Part shown: positions 12,951-28,694 of the stretch, in pieces
How positions within the stretch are numbered: the first letter of the stretch is position 1
Layout: every line of letters starts with the position of its first letter
Assembly: GCA_964016885.1 (NCBI GenBank)
Contig: OZ024740.1
Coordinates: 57,164,001 to 57,228,000, forward strand
Source of the DNA: Eledone cirrhosa
Lineage: Eukaryota
DNA length: 64,000 nt
Direction of reading: 5' to 3'
Made by a program: the position numbers and the translations under genes
The notes under the pieces: model-generated
The model's input: the letters and a program-made list of their open reading frames with translations, nothing else
Database searches by the model: none
What the model was told of the DNA's origin: nothing

Positions 12951-13531
12951 GCCACTACTTTATATCCATGTAGGAGAACCACTACCGATGCGCTGAACGA
13001 GTGTGACTTTTTAGTCCAGCCAGCGACTTAAAAACTCTGGTTCAAACACTACACTTGTGACAATTATTGACACATAGTGCTGGGCCCATGGTACCATGTG
13101 ATGACAAGTGCAGAGAGATCTCCAGATATAGAGCAATGCCTGTGCCGTGAAGCTTTTATAGTGAGCAAAGGCACTGCACAAAGCCAGCCCCACTCTCTTA
13201 ACCAAGATGATATTTACCAAAAAGAAGAACAAGTCAACATCATTGGATACCATCAGGGTTGCAGGTGTTATATCAGAGTTTTCCTTCTCCTAGAATTCTG
13301 CCTTGACAAAGGCTAAGGGGTCCATCTCTCCCGGTGATTTTGGATGGCCATTGACTCTTAAGAGCTCCTTTGCCCTTTGACAGGTTTTGTTTTTAGACCT
13401 GCAGGATGTCCAAAGTCACCCTCCTCACCAAGAAACCTTGGTGGGGTTGCCAGGTTAGTCGCCAACGACCCGACCATGAGACATGTTGTACTGGGATACA
13501 TGTTACCAGTAGCACCAACTGGTGACCTAAC
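12951..13531 (-). mobile_element. Non-autonomous RTE-derived element, copy 2 (longer 5' end)
   Basis: Reverse complement of 2515-2937 plus ~185 bp more 5' sequence; finger reads KCSV*TRVFKSLAGLKSHTRSAH. Confidence 0.6.
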
Positions 13532-13602
13532 ATACATATATATACGTATATATGCATACATATATATACGTATATATATGCAAACATACATATATGTACA
13601 CA

Positions 13603-13654
<52 letters not shown>

Positions 13655-13740
13655 TACATATACACATATATATGCATACATATATATGCATACATACATA
13701 CATATGCATACATGCATATATACACATATATATGCATACA

Positions 13741-14010
<270 letters not shown>

Positions 14011-14012
14011 CT

Positions 14013-15641
<1,629 letters not shown>

Positions 15642-15643
15642 AT

Positions 15644-15675
15644 TGGTGACGCCGACGTGATTCGAACGCGCAACC
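15644..15675 (+). promoter_or_regulatory. Primer-binding site complementary to tRNA-Trp
   Basis: tggtgacgccgacgtgattcgaacgcgcaacc versus the recalled tRNA-Trp reverse complement tggtgaccccgacgtgattcgaacacgcaacc. Confidence 0.85.
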
Positions 15676-15700
15676 AGACAGCACCTAAGAAAATACCAAC

Positions 15701-16415
15701 ATGGACATGTCACAAACGACAGAGGCCGAGATACCAACCACACAAGCGGCGTTAATATTGAAAGTCCCCGGTTTTGGTCCAACGACCCGACTCTGTGGTT
15801 CGCTCGCATAGAAGCGCAATTCGCCGCTAACAGAATTAAGAGCGATTCCGCAAAGCTCACATACATCATTGGGTCTATCCCGCCAGAAGTCTTGGCTGAG
15901 GTGAGGGACCTCGTCATGGTACCGCCGGGCACGGTGTCATATGAATCATTCCGCAAGGAATTGATCAAGCGGACGACCGCGTCACAGCAGAGACGACTTA
16001 ACCAACTCGTGTCTGCAGAAGAAATGGGGGACAGAAAACCGTCCCAACTATTGCGAAAGATGAGACTGCTGATGGAGGACCAGCCGCTTTCAGAAGATCT
16101 GCTGAAACGGCTGTTTATACAGCGCTTGCCCTTATCGATGCAGGGCATTCTGGCGTCGACTAACGAGTCAGTATCCCCGGAAGAACTGGTGAGTGTCGCA
16201 GATATGATCGCTGAGGTGTCAAACCCTTTTGCCTCAGTAGCACAGGTAGATCGTCGGACGAACCCTTACGTAGCGTCCTCGGACTCCACCTCCGAGATTT
16301 CAGAGCTGCGGGCTATGATCAGAGAGCAGGCTGGTCATATTAAAGCCCTCTCAAACCAATTAGAGAGCCTGACCTTGCAAACACACCGGCGGCGCAGCAA
16401 CAGTCGGTCCAGGCC
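15701..16415 (+). pseudogene. gag: Gypsy gag (frameshift near 15765; zinc knuckle absent)
   Basis: PRFWSNDPTLWFARIEAQF...MGDRKPSQLLRKM...FIQRLP. Confidence 0.85.
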
Positions 16416-16423
16416 CTTTCACA

Positions 16424-19400
16424 AGTCGTCTATTTTTTATTAACGACCAGGCGACAGGCATCCGTTACCTCGTGGATACGGGAGCCCAGGTTAGTGTTAT
16501 TCCTGTTTCCCTAATCTCGGGCAAAAGACACCCAACACCGTCCTTTCTGCAGGCAGTGAACCGATCGTCAATTCCGACTTTCGGGGGAAAAATACTGACC
16601 CTCAATTTAGGCCTGAGGCGGCGTTTTCAATGGGTGTTCGTCGTGGCAGACCTGCCGACCCCTATCCTAGGAGCCGATTTTCTCCACCACTTCAACCTTC
16701 TGGTGGACATGAAGAACCGGAGGCTTATTGACACCACCACAAACCTCACTGTGAGAGGTATATTTACCACGCAATCCACAGTGAGCCCTGTAATTTGCCA
16801 GCCAGAGCCTTCGCGTTACAACGGCATTCTCCAGAAATACCCAGACATCACTCGCCCGGTATTTAAGGATGGTCCTATTAAGCATAGTGTCACACACCAC
16901 ATCGAGACAAGAGGACCACCCACAGCTGCCCGACCAAGGAGACTGCCTCCAGACCGATTGAGAATCGCTAAGCAGGAGTTCCAACACATGCTGGACCTCG
17001 AAATCATTCGCCCTTCCTCCAGCAACTGGTCTGCACCCATACACCTTGTTCCTAAAAAAAAACGAGAATGATTGGCGACCATATGGGGATTATCGTGCAC
17101 TTAATAATTCTACAGTGCCCGATAATTACCCTGTACCTCACCTGCACGATTTTTCTGCCTCTCTGCAAGGCGCACGCAGCTTTTCAAAGATAGATTTGAT
17201 GCGTGCATATAACCAGATACATATGGAGCCTGCAGATATTCCTAAGACCGCAATCACAACGCCGTTCGGTTTATTCGAATTACTGCGAATGCCGTTCGGT
17301 CTGCGCAACGCTGCACAAACTTTTCAGCGGTTTATTGACACCGTGTTACGCGATCTACCCTTCGTATACGCGTATATTGACGACGTGCTGGTAGCAAGTA
17401 CTTCCGAGCATGAACACGAGAAGCACTTAGATCTCCTTTTTCAACGTTTGGCTGAGTACGGTATCATCATCAACCCCAGCAAGTGCCTTCTCGGCGTTCC
17501 TTCATTGTCCTTTCTCGGGCACATCATCGATAAAAACGGCATTCGTCCACTTCCCAAGAAAGTAGAAGCTATCCGCAGTTTTCCCGCACCTACATCACTT
17601 CGGAAACTGCGTGAATTCCTCGGTCTGGTGAATTTGTATAGGCGTTTCATCCCTCATTGTTCCGACGCAGCCAGACTCCTCACGGACCTTCTTCGTAATC
17701 GGACTCGCAAAAACGAAGAGATCACTCTAAACGAGGAAGAAATAACATCTTTTAACCGCCTGAAGGAAATGTTGGCAAACGCTTCCATGCTCGTTTTCCC
17801 CAGGTCTGGCGCTCTTCTTTCGCTGCTAGTGGACGCATCAGACACGGGGGTTGGAGGCGTTTTACAACAACATATCGACGGCGTGTGGCAACCCTTATCC
17901 TTCTTTTCTAAGCGGTTACAACCGGCAGAAACGAAATGCATTACCTTTGGCAGCGAACTCTTGGCAACCTATCTTTCGGTTAAGCATTTTCGGCACATGC
18001 TCGAAGGATCAGATTTCGTGATCTACACGAACCATAAACCATTAGTTTATGCGTTCTGTACCAAACCTGATCGACATTCACCGAGAGAACTCCGACACCT
18101 GGATTTTGTCTCCCAATATTCAACTGATATTCGGCATATCAAGGGATCAGACAACGTAGCAGCCGACGCCTTGTCCCGAATCCAGCTGAACGCAATACAT
18201 GTGCATTCAGGCATCGACCTTCAACAGATCGCAGCTGACCAAGAGACTGACGAAGAGTTTATCAGGCTCCGAGATTTGCCATCCCTCAATTTTCAGCAAG
18301 TTCCCATTCCTTCTTCTCCGGGACAAATTTTGTGCGACCTTTCTACCGGTCATGAACGACCGTACGTACCACAGATGCATCGTCGACAAATTTTTTCTGC
18401 TTTACACTGCTTGTCTCACCCGGGAATCCGGGCTACACAGAAACTCATCTCTGCTCGTTTTGTGTGGACTAACATTAACAAGGACGTGCGCGACTGGTCC
18501 AGGAGCTGCATTGCCTGCCAGAAATCCAAAGTCCACAGACACATCAAAACTCCACTCGGCACATTCGCGCAACCTGATGCACGTTTTCATCATGTGCATA
18601 TCGACATCGCCGGACCTCTACCACCATCACAGAACTACACACACTTGCTCACCTGCATAGATCGATTTTCCCGTTGGCCTGAGGCTTTTCCCATAAATGA
18701 TACCTCAGCGGAAACAGTCGCTAAAACTTTGGTTTTACACTGGGTATCACGTTATGGCGCCCAAGCGAAGATAACAACGGACAGAGGACGCCAGTTTGAC
18801 TCCCACCTCTTCAGGGAACTTACTCGCCTGTTAAGATGTAAACACATCCGCACGACAGCTTATCACCCGCAAGCTAATGGTCTCGTGGAAAGATTCCACG
18901 CCAATTGCAAGCTGCAATAAAAGCATATCCAGACAAGACCCACTGGTTTGAATACCTACCACTCATCCTTCTGGGCATTCGATCCATCGTTATGGAGGAA
19001 TTCGGACACACACCTGCAGAATTAGTGTACGGCACCACCCTTGTTCTACCTGGTCAGATGGTTGCTCCCATCTCTCCTCAGGATGTTCCAGACCCAGGAT
19101 CATACGTACACCATCTTCGACAATATATGTCTCACCTTGCTCCTGCAAGCACCCGTCAACAGAACACGGCCACACACATACCTTCAGACATTAAAGATTG
19201 GACACACGTTTTCGTTCGAAACGACACCATCTCAGCTCATCTTCGACCTCCATATTCTGGCCCTTATCGTGTTCTAAAAAAATATCCGAAATATTTTATT
19301 CTCGATCTAGATGGTAAACAGAATTCTGTCAGCGTGGACAGATTAAAAAAAACCATCATGGATACTGTTACAGTCTCTACACCAGAAACTCCAACAGATT

Positions 19401-19498
19401 GCTGTCCCAACAAGCCACCTGTTTCATCTCCAGTCAGGAGAAGTGGACGACGTGTCCATTGGCCCGCCAAGTTGGCACAATATGTGAATTACCCTTAA
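16424..19498 (+). pseudogene. pol: Gypsy pol (protease, RT, RNase H, integrase) with frameshifts near 17055 and 18900
   Basis: LVDTGA; [16 protein letters not shown]; YIDD; VDAS..ELLA..YTNHKPL (catalytic D appears as N); HHCC; [23 protein letters not shown]; GPY. Confidence 0.95.
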
Positions 19499-20427
19499 CC
19501 TCAAGTGAGTTTCTTCATCATTCTTCTTGCAAAACATTCCCATTTCCCTTGTGTTTACTATTTCCAGTTTCAAATACAATGAACTTTCTGTTTGAACAAT
19601 TGCAATTTTTAGTGACCATGTGCTCATGACACGAAGAACATTATTTATAATGAACATTATTTATTACAAACACTATTTAAGAACAAACATTGTGCATAGC
19701 ATTGTGTATAACATTTTTTTTTTCTTCTCTCTCTTGTTTTGCAAAAATTTGTATTTTCCTTGTTCTGTAACATTGATTATGTAATTGCCATAATTTTTTT
19801 ATACATACAAGGCGTGTACATATTCTGTTTTTCATGCACACTACAAAACCACGTTTGTTTCACCTTTTGGTTCATACACTGAGCTATAGATATTTGTGTC
19901 CCTCTAACTCTTTCACTACAAAATGTTTTCACTTTGATCACGCATTTCACCAATCGCATCCTCAAAACACTGGCCTTTTTTTTCACGTACACAATAGCTC
20001 GAAAATACCTCGCTATTTTTTTTTACCACATGCATTCGCACAAGTCATATGCTGTGGAGCAAACTGTTACTTTTAGGCAGCATGCTTACGGTCATTCAGT
20101 TCACACATTACGGTTATCTTCACTGCCCAGTTAGACTTTTTGTCACGCAATTGACAGGCAGCTCAACCCAAATTGCAACAGGCTCATTCATCACGCCTGC
20201 ATAAATATGGTCAAAGTCATTTTATAGTTTATTTCTTTTTTCTCTTCCTGACACACACACATCTTGCCATATCATCTCTATATCGACTCTGTCCTGTACT
20301 CGATGATCACAAAATTTCACAACGTGCTGGACACTCCTGGGGCTATTGTCATGACAAATGCACCACTGGCCCATTACTATACGATATTTCGCTCTTTTGT
20401 TGTACCAAAGATCTGGCAGGGGACTAA

Positions 20428-21102
<675 letters not shown>

Positions 21103-21147
21103 GTAAATTAAGAAAATTATAATAATTAACTTACTTACTTAAGTTTC

Positions 21148-21225
21148 ACTCCAACTAATTAGTTTCTGAAAGGGGATATACATAGTGTTCAAAACCATGG
21201 AGAATTCCTTTCTTCATCAGGGAGT
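21148..21225 (-). ncRNA. Type I hammerhead ribozyme
   Basis: actcc-CTGATGA-agaaagg...cctttca-GAAA-ctaattag-TT-ggagt on the minus strand. Confidence 0.85.
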
Positions 21226-22080
21226 CAATTCTCTGCTAAGATTCCTAGCGATAGACGGATACAGGGATCTCAAACAAAAATAATTCAGTGAATGGAAAAG
21301 AAGCAAGCGCGGACTAAATTTCAAGACACTGAAAATTTCACTACCTTCCCGGTCAGTGGCAAATTCAAAAGAATGGATCACGTGACATCGAGGTTAATCA
21401 GTGAGGAGTGGAGTGTTAAAAAGACAGCAGCCAAAATATTACTATGAATCATAGCAGTAATTCAGGCAAATTTTTGCTCAACAAAAAATTTGGAGATAAT
21501 TATAAAGAATTAATATATCTACCAACATATTTATACAGAATTATACTTATGCTAGCAAGATATAGGTTTTGTCTTAGTAATTTTGTGGTTCAATACAAAA
21601 ATGTAGAACAATTATATGAAAGACGTAAAATAAGAAAATTATAATAATTAACTTACTTACTTAAGTTTCACTCCAACTAATTAGTTTCTGAAAGGGGATA
21701 TACATAGAGTTCAAAACCAACAAAGTTACTAAGACAAAACCTATATCTTGCTAGCATAAGTATACTTCTGTATAAATATCTTGGTAGATATACTAATTCT
21801 TTATAATTATCTCCAAATTATTTGTTGAGCAAAAATTTGCCTGAATTACTGCTATGATTCATAGTAATATTTTGGCTACTGTCTTTTTAACACCCCACTC
21901 CTCACTCATTAACCTCGATGTCACGTGATCCATTCTTTTGAATTTGCCACTGACCGGGAAGGTAGTGAAATTTTCAGTGTCTTAAAATTTAGTCCGCGCT
22001 TGCTTCTTTTCCATTCACTGAATTATTTTTGTTTGAGATCCCTGTATCCGGCTATCGCCAAGGATCTTAGCAGAGAATTA

Positions 22081-22158
22081 ACTCCCTGATGAAGAAAGGA
22101 ATTCTCCATAGTTTTGAACACTATGTATATCCCCTTTCAGAAACTAATTAGTTGGAGT
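22081..22158 (+). ncRNA. Type I hammerhead ribozyme
   Basis: actcc-CTGATGA-agaaagg...cctttca-GAAA-ctaattag-TT-ggagt; perfect 5-bp stem I and 8-nt palindrome. Confidence 0.85.
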
Positions 22159-22646
22159 GAAACTTAAGTAAGTAAGTTAATTATTATAATTTTCTTATTT
22201 TACGTATTTCATATAATTGTGCTACATTTTTGTATTGAACCACAAAGTTACTAAGACAAAACCTATATCTTGCTAGCATAAGTATACTTCTGTATAAATA
22301 TGTTGGTAGATATACTAATGCTTTATAATTATCTCCAAATTATTTGTTGAGCAAAAATTTGCCTGAATTACTGCTATGATTCATAGTAATATTTTGGCTA
22401 CTGTCTTTTTAACACCCCATTCCTCACTGATTAACCTCGATGTCACGTGATTGATTCTTTTGAATTTGCCGCTGACCGGGAAGGTAGTGAAATTTTCAGT
22501 GTTTTGAAATTTAGTCCGCGCTTGCTTCTTTTCCATTCACTGAATTATTTTTGTTTGAGATCCCTGTGTCCGCCTATCGCCAGGGATCTTAGCAAAGAAT
22601 TGACTCCCTGGTGAAGAAAGGAATTTTCCATGGTTTATATATATAT

Positions 22647-23440
22647 ACTAGGTGTTTCAGAAAAGTAACAGGACTTAACTTGCTGTGTGAGTTATGAGGG
22701 GCATAGCCATTAGCGAATTGCGTCACCGTGTGACGTAATATCCAGGGAGTATATAGCTGTGATCTCAACTTTCTGTAACCATTGCATGCTTTTTAACGTG
22801 GTTTTGTTAGCAGCTTCTTAATTTTAGGCTGTCGGACGATTGACACAGAACAACGAACCAACCTTTCGAGTGGCACAAAAAAAGGAAGATGACCCAAGGA
22901 TCAGAAGACCATCAACGAGCAAGACTGAGGTCAACATCGAGTGCGTGAGGTTGGTGGTGTGTGGCGATCCTCGGTTGACTGTTCGACTAATCGCAACTGA
23001 GCTGGGCATGAACCGCGACAGCGTTTGGAACATTATCACTGAAGATCTGGGCATGCGGAAAGTCTGAGCGAAGATGGTGCCGAAGCTGCTGAACGATGAC
23101 CAGATGGAGTGGAGCATGCAGATGTATCAGGACATCTGAAGCATCTTGAAACCAAACCAGACTTGCTGTTGCGGTTGAACGGTGATGAGTCATGGTTCTT
23201 CCAGTACGACACGTTTATCTGACGTGGAAGCTATCAATAGGGCCGTGAGGACGGAGTTGCGAAAAATCATTCCAAGAGTGCATGGAAGCGTAGTGGAGAA
23301 GGATGGGAAAGTGTGTTATACCTGAAAGGGGATTATTTCGAAGGGGGGAGGGGTAAACCTGTAGTTTGTATTTTTTTTATTTGATTTTTTTTTTATTTTT
23401 TTTTTTTTGTGACCCCAGTCCTGTTTCCTTTATATACACC
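22647..23440 (+). mobile_element. Internally deleted Tc1/mariner transposon
   Basis: EDDPRIRRPSTS...DPRLTVRLIATELGM...LGMRKV*AKMVPKLL and a GDESWFFQYD first-D motif; degenerate TIRs ggtgt...aacaggact at both ends. Confidence 0.85.
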
Positions 23441-23945
23441 AAATGAAGCGACACATTTGAAACTTCGAAAACCACTATCACTTTTCAGCTTATGTGAAAA
23501 ACATCAAGAACTCACATCCTGGACGCCGGCAATGTCTCGCCGTATTTTCGTTTTAATTAACGTCCGAAGTGACTATTTTCAGCTGAATCTAATTTTGAAT
23601 AATTTTCCAAAAGGAAATCTTTTGTTGCTTCTCGCAACTCAAAGTAACACTTTCAATGTTATATATAATATATATATATTATTTACAAATGAAATTAATC
23701 TAAATCTAAATGGTCTTTATATAATATAATAAATGGGATAAATATTCGACATGAAAAATGTTGTTTGACAGGAAATTGTGTTAATGTACCAAATCACTGT
23801 TATATGCGACACTAAGATGCAAACTGCGAACTGGTTTCGATTTCTGATCAGATAGCAACTAGTTCGCTTCAAATTACGTCACAATGTCTCCGTATTCAAC
23901 TGAAGTTAAGTTAATTCATTATTTTCCTATACCATTAATATTATT

Positions 23946-24979
23946 CTGGGTAATTGCTGGCCTTGTGCCTAAAGTAGAAACAATTATTATTATTGGCGGT
24001 GGATTGGCAGTATCGGTAGAGGGTTGGACGCTATGCTTTGTAGCATAGAGTTACGGCACTTTATGATCTGAGTTCAAATCCCGCCGAGGTTAACTTTGCC
24101 TTTCATCCTTACTGGGTCGATAAGATAAAGTACCAGTCATGTAGTGGGGCCGGTTTAATCGACTTTCCCCTCCCCCAAAATTGCTGGCCTTGTATATAAG
24201 AAACCATGTTTATTATTGGCGGTGGATTGGCAGTATCGTTAGAGGGTCGGACGCTATGCTTTGTAGCATAGAGTTACAGCCGTTTACGGTCTGAGTTCAA
24301 ATCCCGCCGTGGTTAACTTTGCCTTTCATCCCTATGGGGTCGATGAAATAAAGTACCAGTAATGCACTGGAATAATTGCTGGCCTTGTGCCAAATGTAGA
24401 AACAATTATTGGCAGTATCGGTAAGGTGCCGGAAAACATGCTGAGTAGCATAGAGTTACGGCCCTTTACATTCTGAATTCAAATCCTACCGATGTTAGCT
24501 TTGCCTTTCATCCTTACTGGGTCGATAAAATAAAGTATCAGTAACGAACTGGAGTCGATTTAATTGACTTTCCCCTCCCTCAAAATTGCTGGCCTTGTGC
24601 CTAAATCTGAAACTATTATTATTATTGCTACTGTCATTGTTATTATTGTTGTTGTAGAACGATGGATTAGCAATATTCCGAGGTTCACTTTGCCTTTCAT
24701 CCTTACGGGGTTGATAAAATAAAGTACCAGTAATGTACTGGTTAATTGCTGGCCTTGTGCCAATAGTAGAAACAATATTAGTAGAGCGTCAGAAATAATG
24801 GTCTGTTGCATTTAGTTACAACTTTCTACGTTCTGAATTCAAATCAAGTCGGAGTTAGTTTTGCCTTACATCCTTACGGGGTCGATAAAATAAAGTACCA
24901 GTCATGCCAGTCATGCACTGGGGTCGATTTAATCGACTTTCCCCTCCCGCAAAATTGCTGGCTTTTTGCCTAATGTAGA

Positions 24980-24984
<5 letters not shown>
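23946..24984 (+). mobile_element. Tandem array of SINE family 1 (one tail plus 5 copies)
   Basis: A-box tggcagtatcgg, B-box gagttcaaatcc, central core and (TTA)n tail repeat head-to-tail. Confidence 0.9.
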
Positions 24985-25053
<69 letters not shown>

Positions 25054-25056
<3 letters not shown>

Positions 25057-25383
25057 TAATTCTATTTCTATTCTAAGTTGAGCCAACTTATGCAGCTTCA
25101 TATGCAAATGAGATTAATCACCTCATTTACACAGACGAGAAAACTATATATTCTCGACTGTTTTCAAGTCCAGCAGTAGCAAGTGGTGAGAGGGACCGTA
25201 CTGACTAGGCCAGTCAAGCCTGAAATGCATAGACGGTTGTCCCCCTTGCTTCTGCTGGACACCACCAGAGGGCGTTAGCCTCGGTGTTTGTAGCTATGGC
25301 TTCCTAAAACTGTGTTTCTTTAGAAATACGAAATTTCTATACATATTTGTATAAAGCTATGCTTGAAGCGAAATACTATTTCT

Positions 25384-25389
<6 letters not shown>
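25054..25389 (+). mobile_element. (TA)n-embedded structured element with a 14-bp terminal direct repeat (period 314)
   Basis: ctatttctattcta at 25062 and 25376; long hairpin ccagcag..agcaag / cttgct..ctgctgg at ~25170-25258. Confidence 0.5.
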
Positions 25390-25424
<35 letters not shown>

Positions 25425-25476
25425 AAGTATGACCCCGACGGCAGAGCTCAAGCCGTTTCGACGGCTATTTCTGGAC

Positions 25477-25536
<60 letters not shown>

Positions 25537-26036
25537 ATATATATATATATAGGTAGACCACGGAAAACATCGGCGGAGGTGGTGAGAGCAAACCTCAGAT
25601 CGATCGCTGAAACTCACGGAGGAGATGACGAAGGACCGTGACAAGTGAAGAGATGCTGTGCTGAATAGGACCCGTCCAACCCTTGCAAACAGGAAAGAGC
25701 GGACGTAAAATGATGATGATGATGATGATGATGATATATATATATATAATTGTTTCTATTTTAGGCAAAAAGCTAGTCCTATTACATCCACAGCACCTCC
25801 GCCTCACCACGTACATGCCGTCATGTCTATGGCAAGCAAAAACACCCCGCAACTCACATCGACCATCGTTTCCCACCACTACCTCGTCACTATGCTCGCC
25901 CCCTCCCACCTATCACACATTCCTCATAGCTAAACCACCAATCAAAACAACATAAATTGACCACCATATGAACGCGAAACGTTAGACATTTATATGCCTT
26001 ATATATTCATCCTACTCATTCTGTCATTACAACAGC

Positions 26037-26123
26037 AGAGTCCGACGAGCTTTTGATTCCAGTGTCGGGCCAGATCGATACCGATCGAACCTCGAGCTGA
26101 TCAATAGCAAACCGCACGTCACC
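26037..26123 (+). ncRNA. Degenerate hammerhead with extended stem II
   Basis: CCGACGA-gcttttgat..~60 nt..atcaatagc-AAA-ccgcacg-TC, followed by AATAAA and a microsatellite. The insert is homologous to the motifs at 58330 and 61219. Confidence 0.5.
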
Positions 26124-26210
26124 AATCAATAAACGTAATGAAGGCTTAACAAATCGTCCTTGTATTTTTACACACACACACACATGCATATATGTATATA
26201 TATATATGTG

Positions 26211-26384
<174 letters not shown>

Positions 26385-26401
26385 TACATATATATATATA
26401 T

Positions 26402-26446
<45 letters not shown>

Positions 26447-26834
26447 TACATATATACATATATATATACATATATACATATATACATATATATATAAGTG
26501 CTTGTATTGCATATAACACCTTGCCGCACAATAATCTTATATAAATAAGACACACGTGCATGCCCCACGTGTAACTATTGCATACACTAACTACTTCAAA
26601 CTATCCTATTGCATTATCTTCGTAAACTGCCGATGTTGTATTCTAACTTTAATTTTGTTTTAATTTTCTTTTAATATGATTTTAATTTTTGAATGTAAAT
26701 TGCCATGCTAAAATATTATGATGGATGTCACCGATATATACATATATACATATGTGCATCGATATATACATATGTTTCTGTATGTCTTTTGTGTTGGAAA
26801 GGAGGTCATGTATGTAAACAATCATTGAAAAATT

Positions 26835-26879
26835 GCTCCGAAGACTCCAAACCTCGGTTTGGACGAAACAATTGTAAGC
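26835..26879 (+). ncRNA. Minimal hammerhead, core variant CCGAAGA
   Basis: gct-CCGAAGA-c-tccaaacc-tc-ggtttgga-c-GAAA-caattg-TA-agc, then AATAAA. Confidence 0.7.
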
Positions 26880-26936
26880 TAATAAATGGTTTGAACAGAA
26901 CTTTGATTCATGTGATTTCTATACATATATATATAT

Positions 26937-27087
26937 AGAAGTGGTTACACAACAGTTAGTTCACCATACCGAGAACAATTGTTCTGTTCTCGGTATGGTG
27001 AACTAACTGTTGTGTAACCACTTCTACCTAACTCGTCCCTTGGACTGAGTGCTCTACCACTACGGATATTACCTTCCCGTGTTCCAC

Positions 27088-27091
<4 letters not shown>
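26937..27091 (+). mobile_element. PLE-type terminal module (family C), fold-back turning at HHR stem III
   Basis: Homologous to 3323-3535; arms meet at aacaattgtt. Confidence 0.65.
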
Positions 27092-27152
<61 letters not shown>

Positions 27153-27213
27153 TATATACATATATATATATATATACATATATATAAATATACATATATA
27201 CATATATATATAT

Positions 27214-27278
<65 letters not shown>

Positions 27279-27322
27279 CATATATACATATATATATATA
27301 TGTATATACATATATACATACA

Positions 27323-27355
<33 letters not shown>

Positions 27356-27394
27356 GTATATATATATACATACATACATATATATATACATACA

Positions 27395-27426
<32 letters not shown>

Positions 27427-27431
27427 CATAC

Positions 27432-27498
<67 letters not shown>

Positions 27499-27557
27499 CA
27501 TATATATATACATATACATATATATATATATACATATATATATACATATATATATAC

Positions 27558-27641
<84 letters not shown>

Positions 27642-27727
27642 TACCCACTCTACTACCCTAAGTATTGAGTACTTTGGTGCGTTATGGTCCACCTGGTTCC
27701 TTACCACTTTTCCTTCGTTATATATAC

Positions 27728-27776
<49 letters not shown>

Positions 27777-27804
27777 TATATACATATACATATACATATA
27801 TATA

Positions 27805-28694
27805 CTAGCATTAAAGCCCGGCGTTGCTCGGGGTCATTAAGTTACCAAAGTTAGGTTGTACCACCCATTTTATGGCAGCACTTTTTTGTCTGCCAGGCAC
27901 TGGGTGAATGAATTGCAGACCTGGAAGCATGAGCTGCGCCAGCAGTGACAATTGTAGTTTCGCCTATGGATATTATCTCTGTGTAAAAAGTGTTGAAATT
28001 TATTGTTTCACAGTACTTGCGCAACACGCGCGTAGACGATGCCAGCCGAACAACAGAGCTGCGATTGAGTTGTTCTGCATGGTTGTCTGTGTGTTTTCTA
28101 AATTTAAGACAGTAGGGAGGGTTGTGATATGAGGGAGAGTTAGCTGTTGTTTCTAGCAGGTTTAGTGACCTCATAGAGGATATGTGTTTTCTAAATTTAA
28201 GACAGTAGGGAGTGGTGTGATATGGGGGAGAGTTAGCTGCTGTTTCTAGCAGGTTTAGTGACCTCATAGAAGATATGTTTTCTAAATTTAAGACAGTAGG
28301 GAGGGGTGTGATATGGGGGAGAGTTAGCTGCTGTTTCTAGCAGGTTTAGTAACCTCATAGAGGATATGTGTTTTCTAAATTTAAGACAGTAGGGAGTGGT
28401 GTGAACGGACAGTATCACCATCAAGCTTGGAAAGAGAAAGTAGCAGAAAGTATGAAGTTGTATAGATTTTGAATGGTAGTAGAAAGAGTTCAGCAGTTTA
28501 AATGAGAGAGAAAAATCGTAAAATATTGAGTTTTATCTATTTTTTGCGTAATTGTGGGTGAAATTGAAAAAATGATCTGCGTCAAGACGCAATCGAAGCT
28601 ATTTCGAATATTGAATTGTAAATTTCAATTGAAGAAATTCTATATCGTAGATTTCTATAAGAAAGGAGCATGACCACACACTGAGCTTTATAGA
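27805..28694 (-). mobile_element. Non-autonomous Helitron-like element
   Basis: The minus strand starts TCTATAAAGCTC and ends with the hairpin cccgagcaacgccggg plus CTAG. Confidence 0.6.
28088..28402. repeat. ~92-bp tandem repeat x3.3 inside the Helitron
   Basis: tgtgttttctaaatttaagacagtagggag...gacctcatagaggata repeats; resembles a dispersed repeat at ~6960-7035. Confidence 0.9.

Noticed and set aside
13440-13531. Possible HDV-like ribozyme at the 5' end of the RTE-derived element (minus strand; gtcgttggcgactaacctggca)
   Set aside because: P2, P4 and J4/2-like parts are visible, but I could not form P1, P3 and P1.1 consistently; a covariance-model search is needed.
17046-17071. Programmed frameshift at the A-run in pol
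   Set aside because: It lies inside the RT domain, so it is most likely a homopolymer indel or sequencing error.
23946-24984. CRISPR-like repeat periodicity, and tRNA genes
   Set aside because: Units are ~200-bp diverged SINEs without unique spacers; the A/B boxes belong to SINE heads and give no full cloverleaf; no cas genes.
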